Shown: piece after piece, positions 26,966 through 37,861 of the stretch
Layout of the letters: each line of letters starts with the position of its first letter
Position numbering within the stretch: position 1 is the stretch's first letter
Assembly (NCBI GenBank): GCA_964549685.1
Contig: CAZJVE010000004.1
Coordinates: 20,687-84,686 of the forward strand
Direction: 5' to 3'
DNA: 64,000 nucleotides
Source: an uncultured archaeon
GTDB lineage: Archaea > Altiarchaeota > Altiarchaeia > IMC4 > QMZM01
Program-made: the position numbers and the translations under genes
The notes under the pieces: generated by a model
Databases searched by the model: none
What the model was told of the DNA's origin: nothing
What the model saw: only the letters and a program-made list of their open reading frames with translations

Positions 26966-27631
26966 ATGTTTAACGATATATTTGGCATGTGGAAGAAGCA
27001 GGGCCTTATGAGCCAGGCACTCAAGAACCTGGAGGAGATGTTCAAAGACAGCCGCTGTATGTTTGAGAAGTCAACAAAGGCACTCTTCAATAACGATAAG
27101 ATAGACGTTGACATATACAAGGCAGACAAGAACCTGAACAAGCTGGAGATGGAGACGAGAAGAAAGATACTCGAGCATCTGTCAATAAACCCGCAGCAGG
27201 ACATAATCGCATCATTTATCTTTGTCGATGTTGTCAGAGACTTAGAACGGATAGGGGACGTCTCCAAGGCAATAATGAAACTGAACGAGGACTACCCCAA
27301 GAAGTTTGAGCCGGGCGAATACACGGACGTTATCACATCCTCCAAGGAGAGGATAGACACCATGTTCGACCTGACTCCAAAGGCCTTTATGGAGGCCGAC
27401 AGGGATTCTGCCGGCAAGGTGGAAACAATCTATGAAGACGAGGTAAGGGTAAAGCTTGACAAGCTGGTCAGGAAGATAATGGACGACAAGGAAATAGATG
27501 TAAAGAAGGCCATAGCATATACTCTGGCGGCAAGGTATCTCAGGAGGATAAGCGGCCATCTCGCTAACATAAGCAGCACCGTCGTGAGCCCGTTTGACAG
27601 GGTAAGGCACGACAAGGTGGATATAGATTAA
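26966..27631 (+). CDS. PhoU-family phosphate regulator
   Basis: DLERIGD and YLRRISGH helical repeats; adjacent to the Na/Pi transporter. Confidence 0.88.
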   Translation: MFNDIFGMWKKQGLMSQALKNLEEMFKDSRCMFEKSTKALFNNDKIDVDIYKADKNLNKLEMETRRKILEHLSINPQQDIIASFIFVDVVRDLERIGDVSKAIMKLNEDYPKKFEPGEYTDVITSSKERIDTMFDLTPKAFMEADRDSAGKVETIYEDEVRVKLDKLVRKIMDDKEIDVKKAIAYTLAARYLRRISGHLANISSTVVSPFDRVRHDKVDID

Positions 27632-27633
27632 AG

Positions 27634-29277
27634 ATGAGGTCCGACAGAATCAAAAAAGGACTGGGGAGGGCCCCTCACAGGGCGCTACTCTATGCAACGG
27701 GAATCTCGAAGGAACAGATGGACAAGCCGTTCATCGGAGTTGCGACATCCTTCAGCGACGTCGTCCCGGGGCACATAGAAATGCGAACCCAGGAGAGATT
27801 CATCGAGAAGGGAGTCCATTCCGGAGGGGGCCACTCGTTCTTCTTCGGCGTTCCAGGAATCTGTGACGGGATTGCAATGGGTCATGAGGGAATGAATTAT
27901 TCTCTCCCTTCCAGGGAACTGATTGCAGACATCATAGAGTCAATGGCCATGGCCCACGCCTTCGACGGCCTTGTTCTATTGACAAACTGCGATAAAATCA
28001 CTCCGGGTATGCTGATGGGTGCTGCAAGGACCGACATCCCCTCGATAGTCGTTACGGCCGGCCCCATGCTATCCGGTAGATACAAGGGAAGAAAACTCTC
28101 GTTAGTCAGGGACACATTCGAAGCGCTTGCAAAGTGCCAGGCCGGAGAGCTTCCGGAGGAGGAGGTCCATGCCATGGAAGAGTGCGCATGCCCCGGCGTT
28201 GGCTCCTGCCAGGGCCTCTACACCGCCAATACAATGGCCTGTGTTACCGAAGCACTGGGAATGTCCCTGGAGGGCTGTGGAACGGCCCTCGCAGTATCAG
28301 CCAAGAAGAGGAGAATCGCATTCAATTCCGGCACGAGAATTGTCTCATTAGTCAAGGAAAATATCACTCCAAGAAAGATTCTGACAAAGAACGCCTTCGA
28401 GAACGCCATAAGAGTAGACATGGCCATGGGCGGCTCTACAAATACGGCATTACATATCCCTGCCATCGCCAATGACGCTGGCATTAAAATCGAGCTGGAC
28501 CTGTTCGACAAAATCAGCAGGGAGACCCCGCACATAACCAACATAAGGCCGGGCGGTGAATTCTTTATGGAAGATGTTGAATTCGCGGGAGGAATCCCCG
28601 CTGTTCTGAATATCATCAAGGACATGCTGAAGGACAACCCAACCGTCACTGGAAAGGCGATAAAGAAGATTGCTTCCGATGCCGAGGTATCTGACTCAGA
28701 GGTCCTGAGGCCCCTGGACAACCCGTTCCACAAGGAGGGAGGCATCGCGGTCCTGAAGGGAAGCCTTGCCCCCAACGGCTCCGTAATAAAGCAGAGCGCG
28801 GTAAACCCGGACATGCTCAGGCACGAGGGCCCGGCAAGGGTCTTCGACTCAGAAGATGATGCAATAAAGGCAATCTTCGGCAAGAAGATTAATGAAGGGG
28901 ACGTAGTCATCATCCGCTACGAGGGCCCAAAGGGCGGCCCCGGCATGAGGGAGATGCTCTCTCCCACATCAGCAATCTCAGGTATGGGCTACAAGAAGGT
29001 CGCGCTCATCACTGACGGCAGGTTCTCAGGAGGAACAAGGGGACCGTGCATCGGCCACGTTTCTCCAGAGGCAATGGAGGGCGGCCCTATGGCCATAGTG
29101 AAGGAAGGAGATGCGATAGAAATCGACATCCCCGGCAGGAAGCTGAACCTCAAGCTCTCGGACAAGGAAATAAAGGAAAGGCTCAAGAACTGGAAAAAGC
29201 CCAAGAAGAAACTAACCGGGCTCCTTGCCCGCTATTCTAAGCTTGTCAGTTCTGCAGACAGGGGCGCAGTATTCTAA
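27634..29277 (+). CDS. ilvD: Dihydroxy-acid dehydratase
   Basis: [44 protein letters not shown]. Confidence 0.97.
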   Translation: MRSDRIKKGLGRAPHRALLYATGISKEQMDKPFIGVATSFSDVVPGHIEMRTQERFIEKGVHSGGGHSFFFGVPGICDGIAMGHEGMNYSLPSRELIADIIESMAMAHAFDGLVLLTNCDKITPGMLMGAARTDIPSIVVTAGPMLSGRYKGRKLSLVRDTFEALAKCQAGELPEEEVHAMEECACPGVGSCQGLYTANTMACVTEALGMSLEGCGTALAVSAKKRRIAFNSGTRIVSLVKENITPRKILTKNAFENAIRVDMAMGGSTNTALHIPAIANDAGIKIELDLFDKISRETPHITNIRPGGEFFMEDVEFAGGIPAVLNIIKDMLKDNPTVTGKAIKKIASDAEVSDSEVLRPLDNPFHKEGGIAVLKGSLAPNGSVIKQSAVNPDMLRHEGPARVFDSEDDAIKAIFGKKINEGDVVIIRYEGPKGGPGMREMLSPTSAISGMGYKKVALITDGRFSGGTRGPCIGHVSPEAMEGGPMAIVKEGDAIEIDIPGRKLNLKLSDKEIKERLKNWKKPKKKLTGLLARYSKLVSSADRGAVF

Positions 29278-30131
29278 TCTTCTATAATCTCTACCCTCTT
29301 CATCGCACCGGCAACGACCTCATTGTCATAGATGATTCCATCGAATTCTCCGCTGTAAAGCAGCTTGGCATTTATCCCGTAAAGTCCGGCGTCGATGGTG
29401 AGGTTGTCCTCTAGAGCAGGTATCATATACTCATAATCGAATGAACTCTCCCCGGCCGGGATTTTCACTCTCTGGGAGTTGTCAATCCTGTCACAGCCGG
29501 AGCGAATCCCTTCAACCTTCAGCGTTGCCATTCCGATGTCCCTTTCACTGCCGACCCTGACGAGAACCTTCACCGTTTCCTCAAGTTTATATTCCTCCTT
29601 TTCAGTCTCCACCGAGATGTTCAGTGTGTCCTCCAGCTCGGGTAGCCTTCTTCTCTCCAGTTCGAACTCGTTGGAGTAGTATGTCTCATTCCTCTCGCAG
29701 CCGGATACCTCGCTGTCAGGGCAGCCGAAATACAGGTCGAACCTCTCTCTGTATGTCCCCGGGTCCAGGTAGTTGTTTGCCGACCGCCTCGTCTCAAGGG
29801 AGAATTCCTTGCTCTCGCCGGGAGCCAGGCTGTGGGTAATCTTGTTTTTCTTGCACCTCTTTTCCGATGATGGCCCCCATTTGTTCCAGACCTCCTTTTC
29901 GAGAACAAGGTAATCGCAGGATGCAAAATGAGCATCCCTATCGAGGCCGTTCTTGACGGTTATGGTGATGGTCTCAGCCTGAACATACTCTTCTTTATCA
30001 GTCTTTATCGTAAGCTCCCCTGCCTGGGGAACGGTCGTTTCCGTCCCTTCCTGTTTCAATCCCTGTTCCGCTTCCTGATGGACACAGCCAGCGAAGAGCA
30101 GAAGCACAACCAAAAACATAATTCCTTTCAT
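29274..30131 (-). CDS. Lipoprotein with two Ig-like domains
   Basis: LLFAGC lipobox; two (T/V).T(D/E)KEEY...ET(I/V) Ig-like starts. Confidence 0.7.
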   Translation of the reverse strand: MKGIMFLVVLLLFAGCVHQEAEQGLKQEGTETTVPQAGELTIKTDKEEYVQAETITITVKNGLDRDAHFASCDYLVLEKEVWNKWGPSSEKRCKKNKITHSLAPGESKEFSLETRRSANNYLDPGTYRERFDLYFGCPDSEVSGCERNETYYSNEFELERRRLPELEDTLNISVETEKEEYKLEETVKVLVRVGSERDIGMATLKVEGIRSGCDRIDNSQRVKIPAGESSFDYEYMIPALEDNLTIDAGLYGINAKLLYSGEFDGIIYDNEVVAGAMKRVEIIED

Positions 30132-31183
30132 TTTTTGAATTCCTCAACGGCTCCGAGAATTGCTTCAATGAAATCATCTGCCGTTGCGCCAATTAATTGC
30201 ACGTCGTTCTCGGAGAAATAATCATTGACCGTCTGCTCAATAGCAGCCCTCTCGGATTCAACTCCTGAAAGGGCCTTCTCAAGCCCCGTAAAGTCTATGT
30301 CGTTTACCTGCATGAAGTCCCCCGTAATTCCAATGGCCCTTATGCTGTCCCCCTCAAGATAGGCGGCAACCCTTATGATGCCCTTTTCGGCGGGATGTAT
30401 GTAACTGACATTGGAAACGCTGCAGTGCCCTGGCCTGAATATGAATTTCAGGTCTCTGAACTGCCCTATTTTCTCCTCCCATATCTTTCTCTCCTCGTCA
30501 TTGAGCGGCTTCTTCTCCAGTTTCAGGCCGAGGGATTCTTCGAATCCCTGCAATAGATACTGCCTTAATTCGGCGGGCGGAATCTTCCTGCCCAATTCAG
30601 CAGTCAGTGTGGTGATTCTCTTTTGCGCCGAGGGGACGCCCTTCTTCTCCAGCTTATGGGCCGGAATCTTCGCAATCTGCTTGTAGGTCTCAAAATCCAG
30701 GTCCCAGATGACGCTGCCGTAGACAAGGACGGCATCGCTCTTGCTCATGGCCGTCATCCCTCCAATTTTCTTATCGTCTATATTTATGTCATTAACTGGG
30801 GTGAAATTAGCGTTCAGGCCGAGCTTTTTCAGCCCGATTACCACTCCTTCGGAAAATCTTTTGAAGTTCTCCATCATATCGCTCGAGGCATCTTCCCTGC
30901 TGACGCAGACGCCCCAGGCAGTATTTCCCGGGACCATGAATCCCGCCCCGCCCCCGGTCTCTCTCCTCTCCAGCTTTATACCCAGGCGATTACAGGCATC
31001 CAGGTCACATTCCTCCTCAGCGCACTGGTTCCTGCCGAGAGAGAGAACATTACTTGGACACTCTTCAAGAAAAACGGTATTCGGACTGACTCCCTTATTC
31101 ATCCCGTCAAGAAGGGTCGAGTGGATGGCATTGCACTTGAACACCTCGTCCTCCCTTACCTCAAGATAACGCCACAACATCAT
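30128..31183 (-). CDS. Lipoate-protein ligase A family, with C-terminal domain
   Basis: SLGRNQ, RRETGGGA, NDI..DDKKIGG, C-terminal ITGDF. Confidence 0.88.
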   Translation of the reverse strand: MMLWRYLEVREDEVFKCNAIHSTLLDGMNKGVSPNTVFLEECPSNVLSLGRNQCAEEECDLDACNRLGIKLERRETGGGAGFMVPGNTAWGVCVSREDASSDMMENFKRFSEGVVIGLKKLGLNANFTPVNDINIDDKKIGGMTAMSKSDAVLVYGSVIWDLDFETYKQIAKIPAHKLEKKGVPSAQKRITTLTAELGRKIPPAELRQYLLQGFEESLGLKLEKKPLNDEERKIWEEKIGQFRDLKFIFRPGHCSVSNVSYIHPAEKGIIRVAAYLEGDSIRAIGITGDFMQVNDIDFTGLEKALSGVESERAAIEQTVNDYFSENDVQLIGATADDFIEAILGAVEEFKK

Positions 31184-31228
31184 GAATCTTAAATTATAGC
31201 TATTACAGAAATAAAAACAGTCAGCGGA

Positions 31229-33193
31229 TTATTCCTCTTCCCCTTCAGGAATCTCTTTGGCCTCTTTTTTTGCCTCCTGAATGACACTCTTGATTTCCTC
31301 CTCCATGCTCTCCCCGGCATCCGGCTTCTCTACGGGTTCCTTTTCCTTGACCGCGGCCTTCTCCCCTGCCGGCAGAGTTTCCCCCTTCACAATCTCTCTC
31401 TCCCTCTCGACCATGCCCTCACGGCCCCTTCGCGTGTCCTCAAATTCCTGCCTTGCAGTCTCTTTTTCTCTAATCTCCTCTTCGACCCGGTGTCTCTCCT
31501 CTATCTCCCTCTTCTCCTTCTCGGAGCGCCACTTCATAATCACAAATATTATCATAATTATGACTACCACGGCTATACCTACGTTGAATATGTCGCTCAA
31601 CCTCTCCGTCTCCCCCAACATCTTTTTATTCGAGGAAATCAAATCCTCCGACTTCGAGATTCCGCTGGAATGGTTAATCTCCTTGTAAAGACCGTTTGCC
31701 CTTATCGAATAATCCTTGGAAACCTCGTAGTTGTTAAGCTCGAAGTACCTCTGGGCTTCAGCATAATAGTTGTTCGCCTCCACCTCCTTTACAATCCCCG
31801 CCTGGATGGATGAATTCAGCTCCTGCAATTTTTTGTATTCACTGTAACAGCACATACTCTCTTCATCACATTCCATCCCCCTAAGGGTGTCGCTTCCGTT
31901 CTTCACATCCGCGGTTGCCAGCCCATAATCTGCCGACCTGTAGTATCCCTCTGCTGATATGTATCTCAGATTCACATCGTCCATATACCTCAGGCTCTCC
32001 TCTATCTTCTCCTTCAGGACTATACACTTCGACATACCTGCAGAGTAATCTATGGAATCAAAGAGCCCATAGGCATTTTCAACCCTCTCGCTGGCATTCT
32101 CGAAGCATCCGGAGCCGAAGAGGACATAGGCCCTGTCATAATGGTATTCCGCGTCATCCTTGACACTCATCTTCCCCCAGTCCACCCTTATTCTGTCCTG
32201 GAGATCCTCGACCACGCCAACCTTATCTGAATAGGCCTTCATCTTGACACTGTCATCTGTGCTCCTTGCCAGGTCGAAGAACGTCTGGTATATGTCGTGC
32301 GCCATTGCGGCAGTAGTATTCGCATTAGCATAATCCCCCGTCAGGTAGTAGGTCCTTGCTTCCCTGTAATATCCTTCTGCCTTTTTGTTCTGCTCCGTCT
32401 CGTAGATTGACATCTCGCTATAGATGACGTCCACCAGTTCCTGGGCCTTTGCAGCCCCCACCTCATCATCTATCTTCAGGTAAAGCCTCTTCGCTTCCCC
32501 GACATATTCCAAAGCAGTGTTATAGTTCCCGTAACCCCCCATCCCGTAATACTCCTGCGCCCTGCCGTAGTTTATGTTCGCCATCTCCTCTATCTCGGTT
32601 ATCTTCTCATCAACAGTGCTCAGGAAATTTGTGCATTTTTCAACTCCTACGGTGTCGCTTATCTCCGCATATACTTCAGAGGCGTTCTCGGCATACTCTC
32701 TTGCGGTTATGTAATTCTCTGATATGAAGAAATCCTCCGCCTGATAGTACAGGCTGTCAGCATATGCCTTTCTACTCGCTTCCACCTTCTCATTAATCTT
32801 TGCAATAAGCACGTCACAGTTGTCGATTCCCTGCTGATAGGGGATTAGGGAATACAGTTCCCTTGACCTGCTCACAAAGTCGGTCGCATCCGCATAATTG
32901 CCCTGGTTGTAATATTCGAAAGCCTGATAGTAGTAATTGTAGGCCTGGTTCCTAAGACACGTGTTAATCTCGATAATCAACGCAGCTGCGTTGTCCTTAC
33001 CTTCAGTGTAATGTGCCCTGTCATAGTAATTCAGGGCAAGCTCTGCAAGTGGGCTGGCGTTCTTGCAGTTGGTATTATCATACTCGTCAAGGGCCTGCTG
33101 ATAATACATGTCGGCCAACTCCCTGTCGGAAATGGCATTTACTGTCCCGATTATCAGAATCAAGGCCAGCGCGGTGATGAGTTTAGCTTTCAT
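31229..33193 (-). CDS. Type I membrane protein with TPR-like extracellular repeats
   Basis: Signal peptide; repeated A..YY..A..Y....Y..A......A...Y....G..KC..L; TM helix; charged tail. Confidence 0.8.
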   Translation of the reverse strand: MKAKLITALALILIIGTVNAISDRELADMYYQQALDEYDNTNCKNASPLAELALNYYDRAHYTEGKDNAAALIIEINTCLRNQAYNYYYQAFEYYNQGNYADATDFVSRSRELYSLIPYQQGIDNCDVLIAKINEKVEASRKAYADSLYYQAEDFFISENYITAREYAENASEVYAEISDTVGVEKCTNFLSTVDEKITEIEEMANINYGRAQEYYGMGGYGNYNTALEYVGEAKRLYLKIDDEVGAAKAQELVDVIYSEMSIYETEQNKKAEGYYREARTYYLTGDYANANTTAAMAHDIYQTFFDLARSTDDSVKMKAYSDKVGVVEDLQDRIRVDWGKMSVKDDAEYHYDRAYVLFGSGCFENASERVENAYGLFDSIDYSAGMSKCIVLKEKIEESLRYMDDVNLRYISAEGYYRSADYGLATADVKNGSDTLRGMECDEESMCCYSEYKKLQELNSSIQAGIVKEVEANNYYAEAQRYFELNNYEVSKDYSIRANGLYKEINHSSGISKSEDLISSNKKMLGETERLSDIFNVGIAVVVIIMIIFVIMKWRSEKEKREIEERHRVEEEIREKETARQEFEDTRRGREGMVEREREIVKGETLPAGEKAAVKEKEPVEKPDAGESMEEEIKSVIQEAKKEAKEIPEGEEE

Positions 33194-35177
33194 TATTTAT
33201 TTCTTCACTATCCTCTTTTGTTATCTTTTCAATCTCCTCCTCTATTTCTTTACTAATCCCCTCATCTATTTCCCCACCCTTATCCTCTATCTCTGCACTC
33301 TCCTCCTTTATTCCTACACTCTCCTCCTTTACTCCTTCAATCCCTCCCTCCTTTATTCCTTCACCCTCTATCTCTTTACTCTCCTCCTCCTTTACCTCTT
33401 CCTTCTCCGTTCCTTTACTCCCCTCCGTCTTTGTTCCTTTACTCCCTTCCTTTCCCTTTTCTTCACCCCCCTTCTTCGTCTGCTTCACCCCTCTCTTCCT
33501 AATAAATATTATCGCGAGCACTATTATTAATACTGCCGCCATACCTGGAAGCTTGCCTGCGATATCCCCCAGGGCATTGTCCTCGACAGGAATTGTTGTC
33601 GGAATCGTCGTGGGAATCGTCGTTTCCAGCTGAACCGAAGTCGTTGACTCGGGGAGAGAAGTGCTCGTCGTAATCGTGGCCTCCTTTATCCTTCTCGATA
33701 ACGTATTGCACTTTGCAATGCCCTCGCCGTCCCTCAATCCTATATACTCCCTTGTCGCGTTCATAATGTAAATACTGGCATTTTCATAGAGGGAGTTGTT
33801 GTAGTAATACTCTGCAAGTTGATAATAGCTCTCGGCAAGCGCTTTCTTCTCATCCCTAACACCTGCTGCAATCTTGGCGATAATTATCGAACACTTGAGC
33901 ATATTCTCGTTATCACCCAATTCCACATATGCTGCCTTTGCCATATTGATATACCGGCTGGAATTGTCATAGTCCTTGATTGTGAAATATCCCTCTGCAA
34001 TCCTGTAGTACTCGTCCGCATTATCTCTCTTGACCTGAGTCCAGTTTATGTTGAAGACATAAATTCCATCCGCCGAGGCTATTACGAACTCCTTTTCACC
34101 ATCGTTTTCGAAGTCATCGATGACTACGTCGTTTATACTGTATTCAAGGCCGGGGTCATAGATGTGCTCCAGTTCCCCGTCCCTGCTAATCGCATGCAAA
34201 TGGCTGTCGCTGAGAAGCAGAATGCTGTCGTTCACCATACCCTCCGCTATTATGCCCCAGATATACTCCCCCGCATCATACTCCCAGATTGCTTCATTGT
34301 TTACATCGCGGGCATAGGCAACATTCCCCGAGATAAGAAGAATCTCATCGTAATCATCGTCATCAAGATTCAGGGGAATTGCATCGAAATCCCCCTCAGT
34401 TATGTTGATTTCCACCTCCAGCTCCCCCTCGGTGTTCAGGACGTATATGCTGTCCTCCAGGGAAACGACGAATATCTCCTCACCGGCCCTCGGATAGAAA
34501 TCGGCGAGATATATGCTGCTGACCCCATTGGACAGGCTGTAGTTCCACTCAACAGAGCCCTCAAAGTCCATGATATATATCGAATAGTCGGAATTTGCCA
34601 GGATCCATCCCCTCAGTTCAGTCGACATCGACTCTATGCTGTCGTTGAGAGAATTGTACCAGAGGTATTCATTATAGTTATCAGCAAGTGTTGCCACCCC
34701 CTGTCTCGTTCCACCCAGTATCTCTTTGTAGCCGTTATCGTCCATGTCAACGGCTTTGATTTCACGCATTATCTTGTTTGATTTAACCTTGCCGGAGGGG
34801 AACACCCACCTCAGCTTGCCGCTGTTCTCAAATATCCATATATTGCCCCTGGCAATGTTCTCGATGCTCTTACCGGAGCTTATGACAATCTCTTTCTTGT
34901 TGTCCCACTCAAGGTCTGATATGCAGATGGATACGAGATTGTTTATGTCATTTTTCCATAAAAGCCCGCCGTCATTTCCGATGACGTAGACTGTATCGCC
35001 GCTCACAACAACGAGCTCACTGACACCGTCGGGGCCCAGGTCCTCGACGTTGATATACCTGCCCTTGCCTCCGATGGCATAATCCCATCTCAGGTCCATG
35101 TTTTCTGCTTGAACAACATTGAGCAGCATAGAAGCCAGTGCGAGCAGAAGCAATATTTTTTTGGACATCTTATTCAT
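33183..35177 (-). CDS. Type I membrane protein: FG-GAP/PQQ-like beta-propeller, TPR-like repeats, low-complexity tail
   Basis: Signal peptide after MNKMSKK; DMDDNGYKEI and DFENDGEKEF-type motifs; W.Y blade ends; TM helix; E/G/K tail. Confidence 0.8.
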   Translation of the reverse strand: MNKMSKKILLLLALASMLLNVVQAENMDLRWDYAIGGKGRYINVEDLGPDGVSELVVVSGDTVYVIGNDGGLLWKNDINNLVSICISDLEWDNKKEIVISSGKSIENIARGNIWIFENSGKLRWVFPSGKVKSNKIMREIKAVDMDDNGYKEILGGTRQGVATLADNYNEYLWYNSLNDSIESMSTELRGWILANSDYSIYIMDFEGSVEWNYSLSNGVSSIYLADFYPRAGEEIFVVSLEDSIYVLNTEGELEVEINITEGDFDAIPLNLDDDDYDEILLISGNVAYARDVNNEAIWEYDAGEYIWGIIAEGMVNDSILLLSDSHLHAISRDGELEHIYDPGLEYSINDVVIDDFENDGEKEFVIASADGIYVFNINWTQVKRDNADEYYRIAEGYFTIKDYDNSSRYINMAKAAYVELGDNENMLKCSIIIAKIAAGVRDEKKALAESYYQLAEYYYNNSLYENASIYIMNATREYIGLRDGEGIAKCNTLSRRIKEATITTSTSLPESTTSVQLETTIPTTIPTTIPVEDNALGDIAGKLPGMAAVLIIVLAIIFIRKRGVKQTKKGGEEKGKEGSKGTKTEGSKGTEKEEVKEEESKEIEGEGIKEGGIEGVKEESVGIKEESAEIEDKGGEIDEGISKEIEEEIEKITKEDSEEINNES

Positions 35178-35202
35178 AATTTCGAAGGCGGCGATAAATA
35201 CT

Positions 35203-36096
35203 TTACTTTCCGCCGATTTCGCCCCTATAATGTTCGGCAGCAACCTCAGGCGGCATCGTATTTATGACAATGCCCGTGCCGAACTCAAAGCCGGCAAACC
35301 TCGAGAGCCGGGGCAGCAGTTCAAGATGGAGATGTAAATCTTTCCCTTCTGGAGCATAATGGATAACGAAGTTATACGGCGGATAATTCAGCGAGGAATT
35401 CAGTGCGGATAAAATCTTCTTCAGCGCCCCCGCAAAGGACTCTGTCTCTTTTTTATCCATCTCATCCAGGTTTCCAAGATGCCTCTTCGGCATCACCCAT
35501 GCCTCGAACGGGAACCTGGACGCAAATGGCGCAAATGCGGCAGTATATTTGTCCTCATAGACGAGCCTGTCGCTCTTAACCTCGTCCTTCCATGTCCTGC
35601 ATAGGGGACAACCCTTACTTGAGGCTCTCACCTCGTTCCTAATCAGTGGTGGAACCATCGTAAGGCCAATAAGCTGCGTATGTGAATGGGGCAGGGAAGC
35701 CCCTCCCATCTTCCCGCTGTTCTTGAAGATTGAGACGTACTTCACTCCAGACTTCTTCTTGATTGCCCTCTGCCTTTCCGAATACATCTTAAGGACCTTG
35801 GCTATGTGCCCAACGCTCAGGTCGCCAAGATGCTCCCCGTGATTCGGCGTCTCCACAACGACCTCGTGCCATTTCGTTGCTGGAAACTTGTTCGGAAAGG
35901 TCCGGATAATCCACCTGCCCTTTTCCTCGACCCGTGCTATCTCCGAGGGAGTGGTATTCTCGTTCCCGGGGCAGAAGAAGCAGAGCTTCTCCTTAACCTT
36001 ACCTGGCTTCTGCACGAAGTGCTGGGGCCTCTTCCCCCGACCCTTTGCGATTATCACCCACCTGTCAAGGATGTAGTCCTTCCTCAGTTCGTTCAT
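35203..36096 (-). CDS. galT: Galactose-1-phosphate uridylyltransferase
   Basis: RGKRP, CFFCPGNE, PNKFP, GASLPHSHTQ, AGFEFGTG. Confidence 0.9.
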   Translation of the reverse strand: MNELRKDYILDRWVIIAKGRGKRPQHFVQKPGKVKEKLCFFCPGNENTTPSEIARVEEKGRWIIRTFPNKFPATKWHEVVVETPNHGEHLGDLSVGHIAKVLKMYSERQRAIKKKSGVKYVSIFKNSGKMGGASLPHSHTQLIGLTMVPPLIRNEVRASSKGCPLCRTWKDEVKSDRLVYEDKYTAAFAPFASRFPFEAWVMPKRHLGNLDEMDKKETESFAGALKKILSALNSSLNYPPYNFVIHYAPEGKDLHLHLELLPRLSRFAGFEFGTGIVINTMPPEVAAEHYRGEIGGK

Positions 36097-37106
36097 TTTA
36101 TGACCTCTGTCTCAGTTGCAAGATTCTCGGCCTCTTTTTCATCGAGGCCGTCCCTCAGGACGGTGTACCTGTCCCTTATCGAACTGGCCATCACCAGCGC
36201 CTTTACTATGTCATCGCCGGCAATCCCCAGCCCATCGGCATCCGTCGGAGCCCCTGCCCTCTTCAGAGCGTCCTTCACCCCCTCCCAGTCCGCTTCATGG
36301 AGGCGGGCCATCATTATCGTTCCAACGCCGCACTGCTCCCCGTGCAATGCTTGTTTTTTACATATCGCATCCAGCGCATGGCTGAACTGATGCTCGGCCC
36401 CGGAACAGGGCCTTGACGAGCCGGCTATTCCGATGGCGACCCCGCTGCTGATAAGCGCCTCAACCAAGATGCTGACATCGTCCTTAATCTTATCCGCAGT
36501 TTTCATGACTATCTCGGCACTGAGCATTGACAGGGAGGCGGCATAATGCCCATAGTACTCGTCCTTCTCATCCCTGCCGAGCTTCCAGTCAAGAACAGCA
36601 GTATAGTTCGAGATTGCATCCGCACAGCCAGAAGCAATCAGCCTTGGTGGAGAATTCCCTATTATCCTGGTGTCCGCTATAATGCAAACAGGGCTATGAA
36701 CTCCGACCGAGTAGGGCTTTTGGCCCTTCAGGGAAACCCTGGGAGAAATAATGCCGTCATGAGATGCAGAGGTTGGTACGGAAAGGAAGGGAATTCCCGC
36801 ATTATAGGCAAGAAATTTACCGGCATCTATGACGTGACCTCCCCCCACGCCGGCTATGTAGGAGACGCCATTCTTTATCATATCCAGGTTCTTCTCAACT
36901 ACCTGCTTCGCAGAGCCCTCGATAATCAGGATTTCGGCGTCAAGCTCTTTGGCAACTGCTTCGCCTGCGACCTTCAGCGTATTTTCATCAGCAACAACAA
37001 GCGCACTGCCTCTGAGACCTAGTTCCTTAACAACATCGCCAGTCTTCTCAATAGCCCCCTTGCCTATAACGACTCTCCAGGGAAGCTCTATGTGCTTGAC
37101 CGCCAT
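36093..37106 (-). CDS. egsA: Glycerol-1-phosphate dehydrogenase
   Basis: GGGHVIDAGK, PTSASHDG, SRPCSGAEHQFSH, LHGEQCG. Confidence 0.95.
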   Translation of the reverse strand: MAVKHIELPWRVVIGKGAIEKTGDVVKELGLRGSALVVADENTLKVAGEAVAKELDAEILIIEGSAKQVVEKNLDMIKNGVSYIAGVGGGHVIDAGKFLAYNAGIPFLSVPTSASHDGIISPRVSLKGQKPYSVGVHSPVCIIADTRIIGNSPPRLIASGCADAISNYTAVLDWKLGRDEKDEYYGHYAASLSMLSAEIVMKTADKIKDDVSILVEALISSGVAIGIAGSSRPCSGAEHQFSHALDAICKKQALHGEQCGVGTIMMARLHEADWEGVKDALKRAGAPTDADGLGIAGDDIVKALVMASSIRDRYTVLRDGLDEKEAENLATETEVIK

Positions 37107-37148
37107 ATTACTTTAGAATATGGTTTTTCCTACGTTAAATAAACCCAT

Positions 37149-37445
37149 TCAGATTATGTTGACCGTCTGTGCGTGTTTTACACCGGATATCTCCATTACG
37201 CAATCCTCATCAACAAACCCAAGCTCAACGGCCTTCTCAACCACCTCGTTGCCGATAAGATTTGCGATGGTGGCTTCGGCCATAAGCCCGGCCAATTCTT
37301 CGATATCTACAAGCATGTCCTCATAGAATCCCTCATCAACTTTCAGGCAGAATTCACCGTCCGTCAGAGTATTACCCAGAACCTCTTTGTCGCAGGCCGC
37401 AAGAAGAATATCATCCTCCCTTCTGTGAATCTTGACGCATATCAT
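37149..37445 (-). CDS. DUF424 family protein
   Basis: LLAACDKEVLG, FYE, ATIANLIG, GVKHAQ. Start MICVKIH directly follows aIF-2beta. Confidence 0.88.
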   Translation of the reverse strand: MICVKIHRREDDILLAACDKEVLGNTLTDGEFCLKVDEGFYEDMLVDIEELAGLMAEATIANLIGNEVVEKAVELGFVDEDCVMEISGVKHAQTVNII

Positions 37446-37447
37446 CT

Positions 37448-37861
37448 CTACTTGATTTTCCTTAGTGGCCACCAGCCGCCGCATGCGGTGCACTTTATTA
37501 TCCTCTCGCCGCTGAGCTCTGTAATCTTCGTGTCGGGTCGGCCGCATTCATGGCACAGTACGAACACCTTGGCGTAGTCCTCAATCTTCTTTGCTATCAT
37601 GTTCTTCTTCAGGACCCTCTGCACTATGGCCCGCTTGCCGTCAAAGGTTGCGGGAGCAGCAAGCTCTTTCGAGAGAAACGTCAATAAATGTTGCGGCTTT
37701 CTTCTAAGAACGTCAACAATCTCATTAAAGTTGGTTATTATGGTCTGGTTGCCCTCAATCAGAGTATCAAGCTCGGGCATCTGGAACCTTGAGTGGTTCT
37801 GGAGCTCCTCCGGGAGGTTCGCCCATGCCCTGTCCAATAAGCTCGCGTAGTCGTAATTCAT
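37448..37861 (-). CDS. eif2b: Translation initiation factor 2 subunit beta
   Basis: YASLLDRA, RFQMP, GNQTIITNF, CHECGRPDT...CTACG zinc ribbon. Confidence 0.95.
   Translation of the reverse strand: MNYDYASLLDRAWANLPEELQNHSRFQMPELDTLIEGNQTIITNFNEIVDVLRRKPQHLLTFLSKELAAPATFDGKRAIVQRVLKKNMIAKKIEDYAKVFVLCHECGRPDTKITELSGERIIKCTACGGWWPLRKIK

Noticed and set aside
33108-33530. 140-aa Leu/Phe/Tyr-rich + strand ORF that looks like a membrane protein
   Set aside because: Antisense shadow of the purine-rich Glu/Lys tail of the minus-strand gene.
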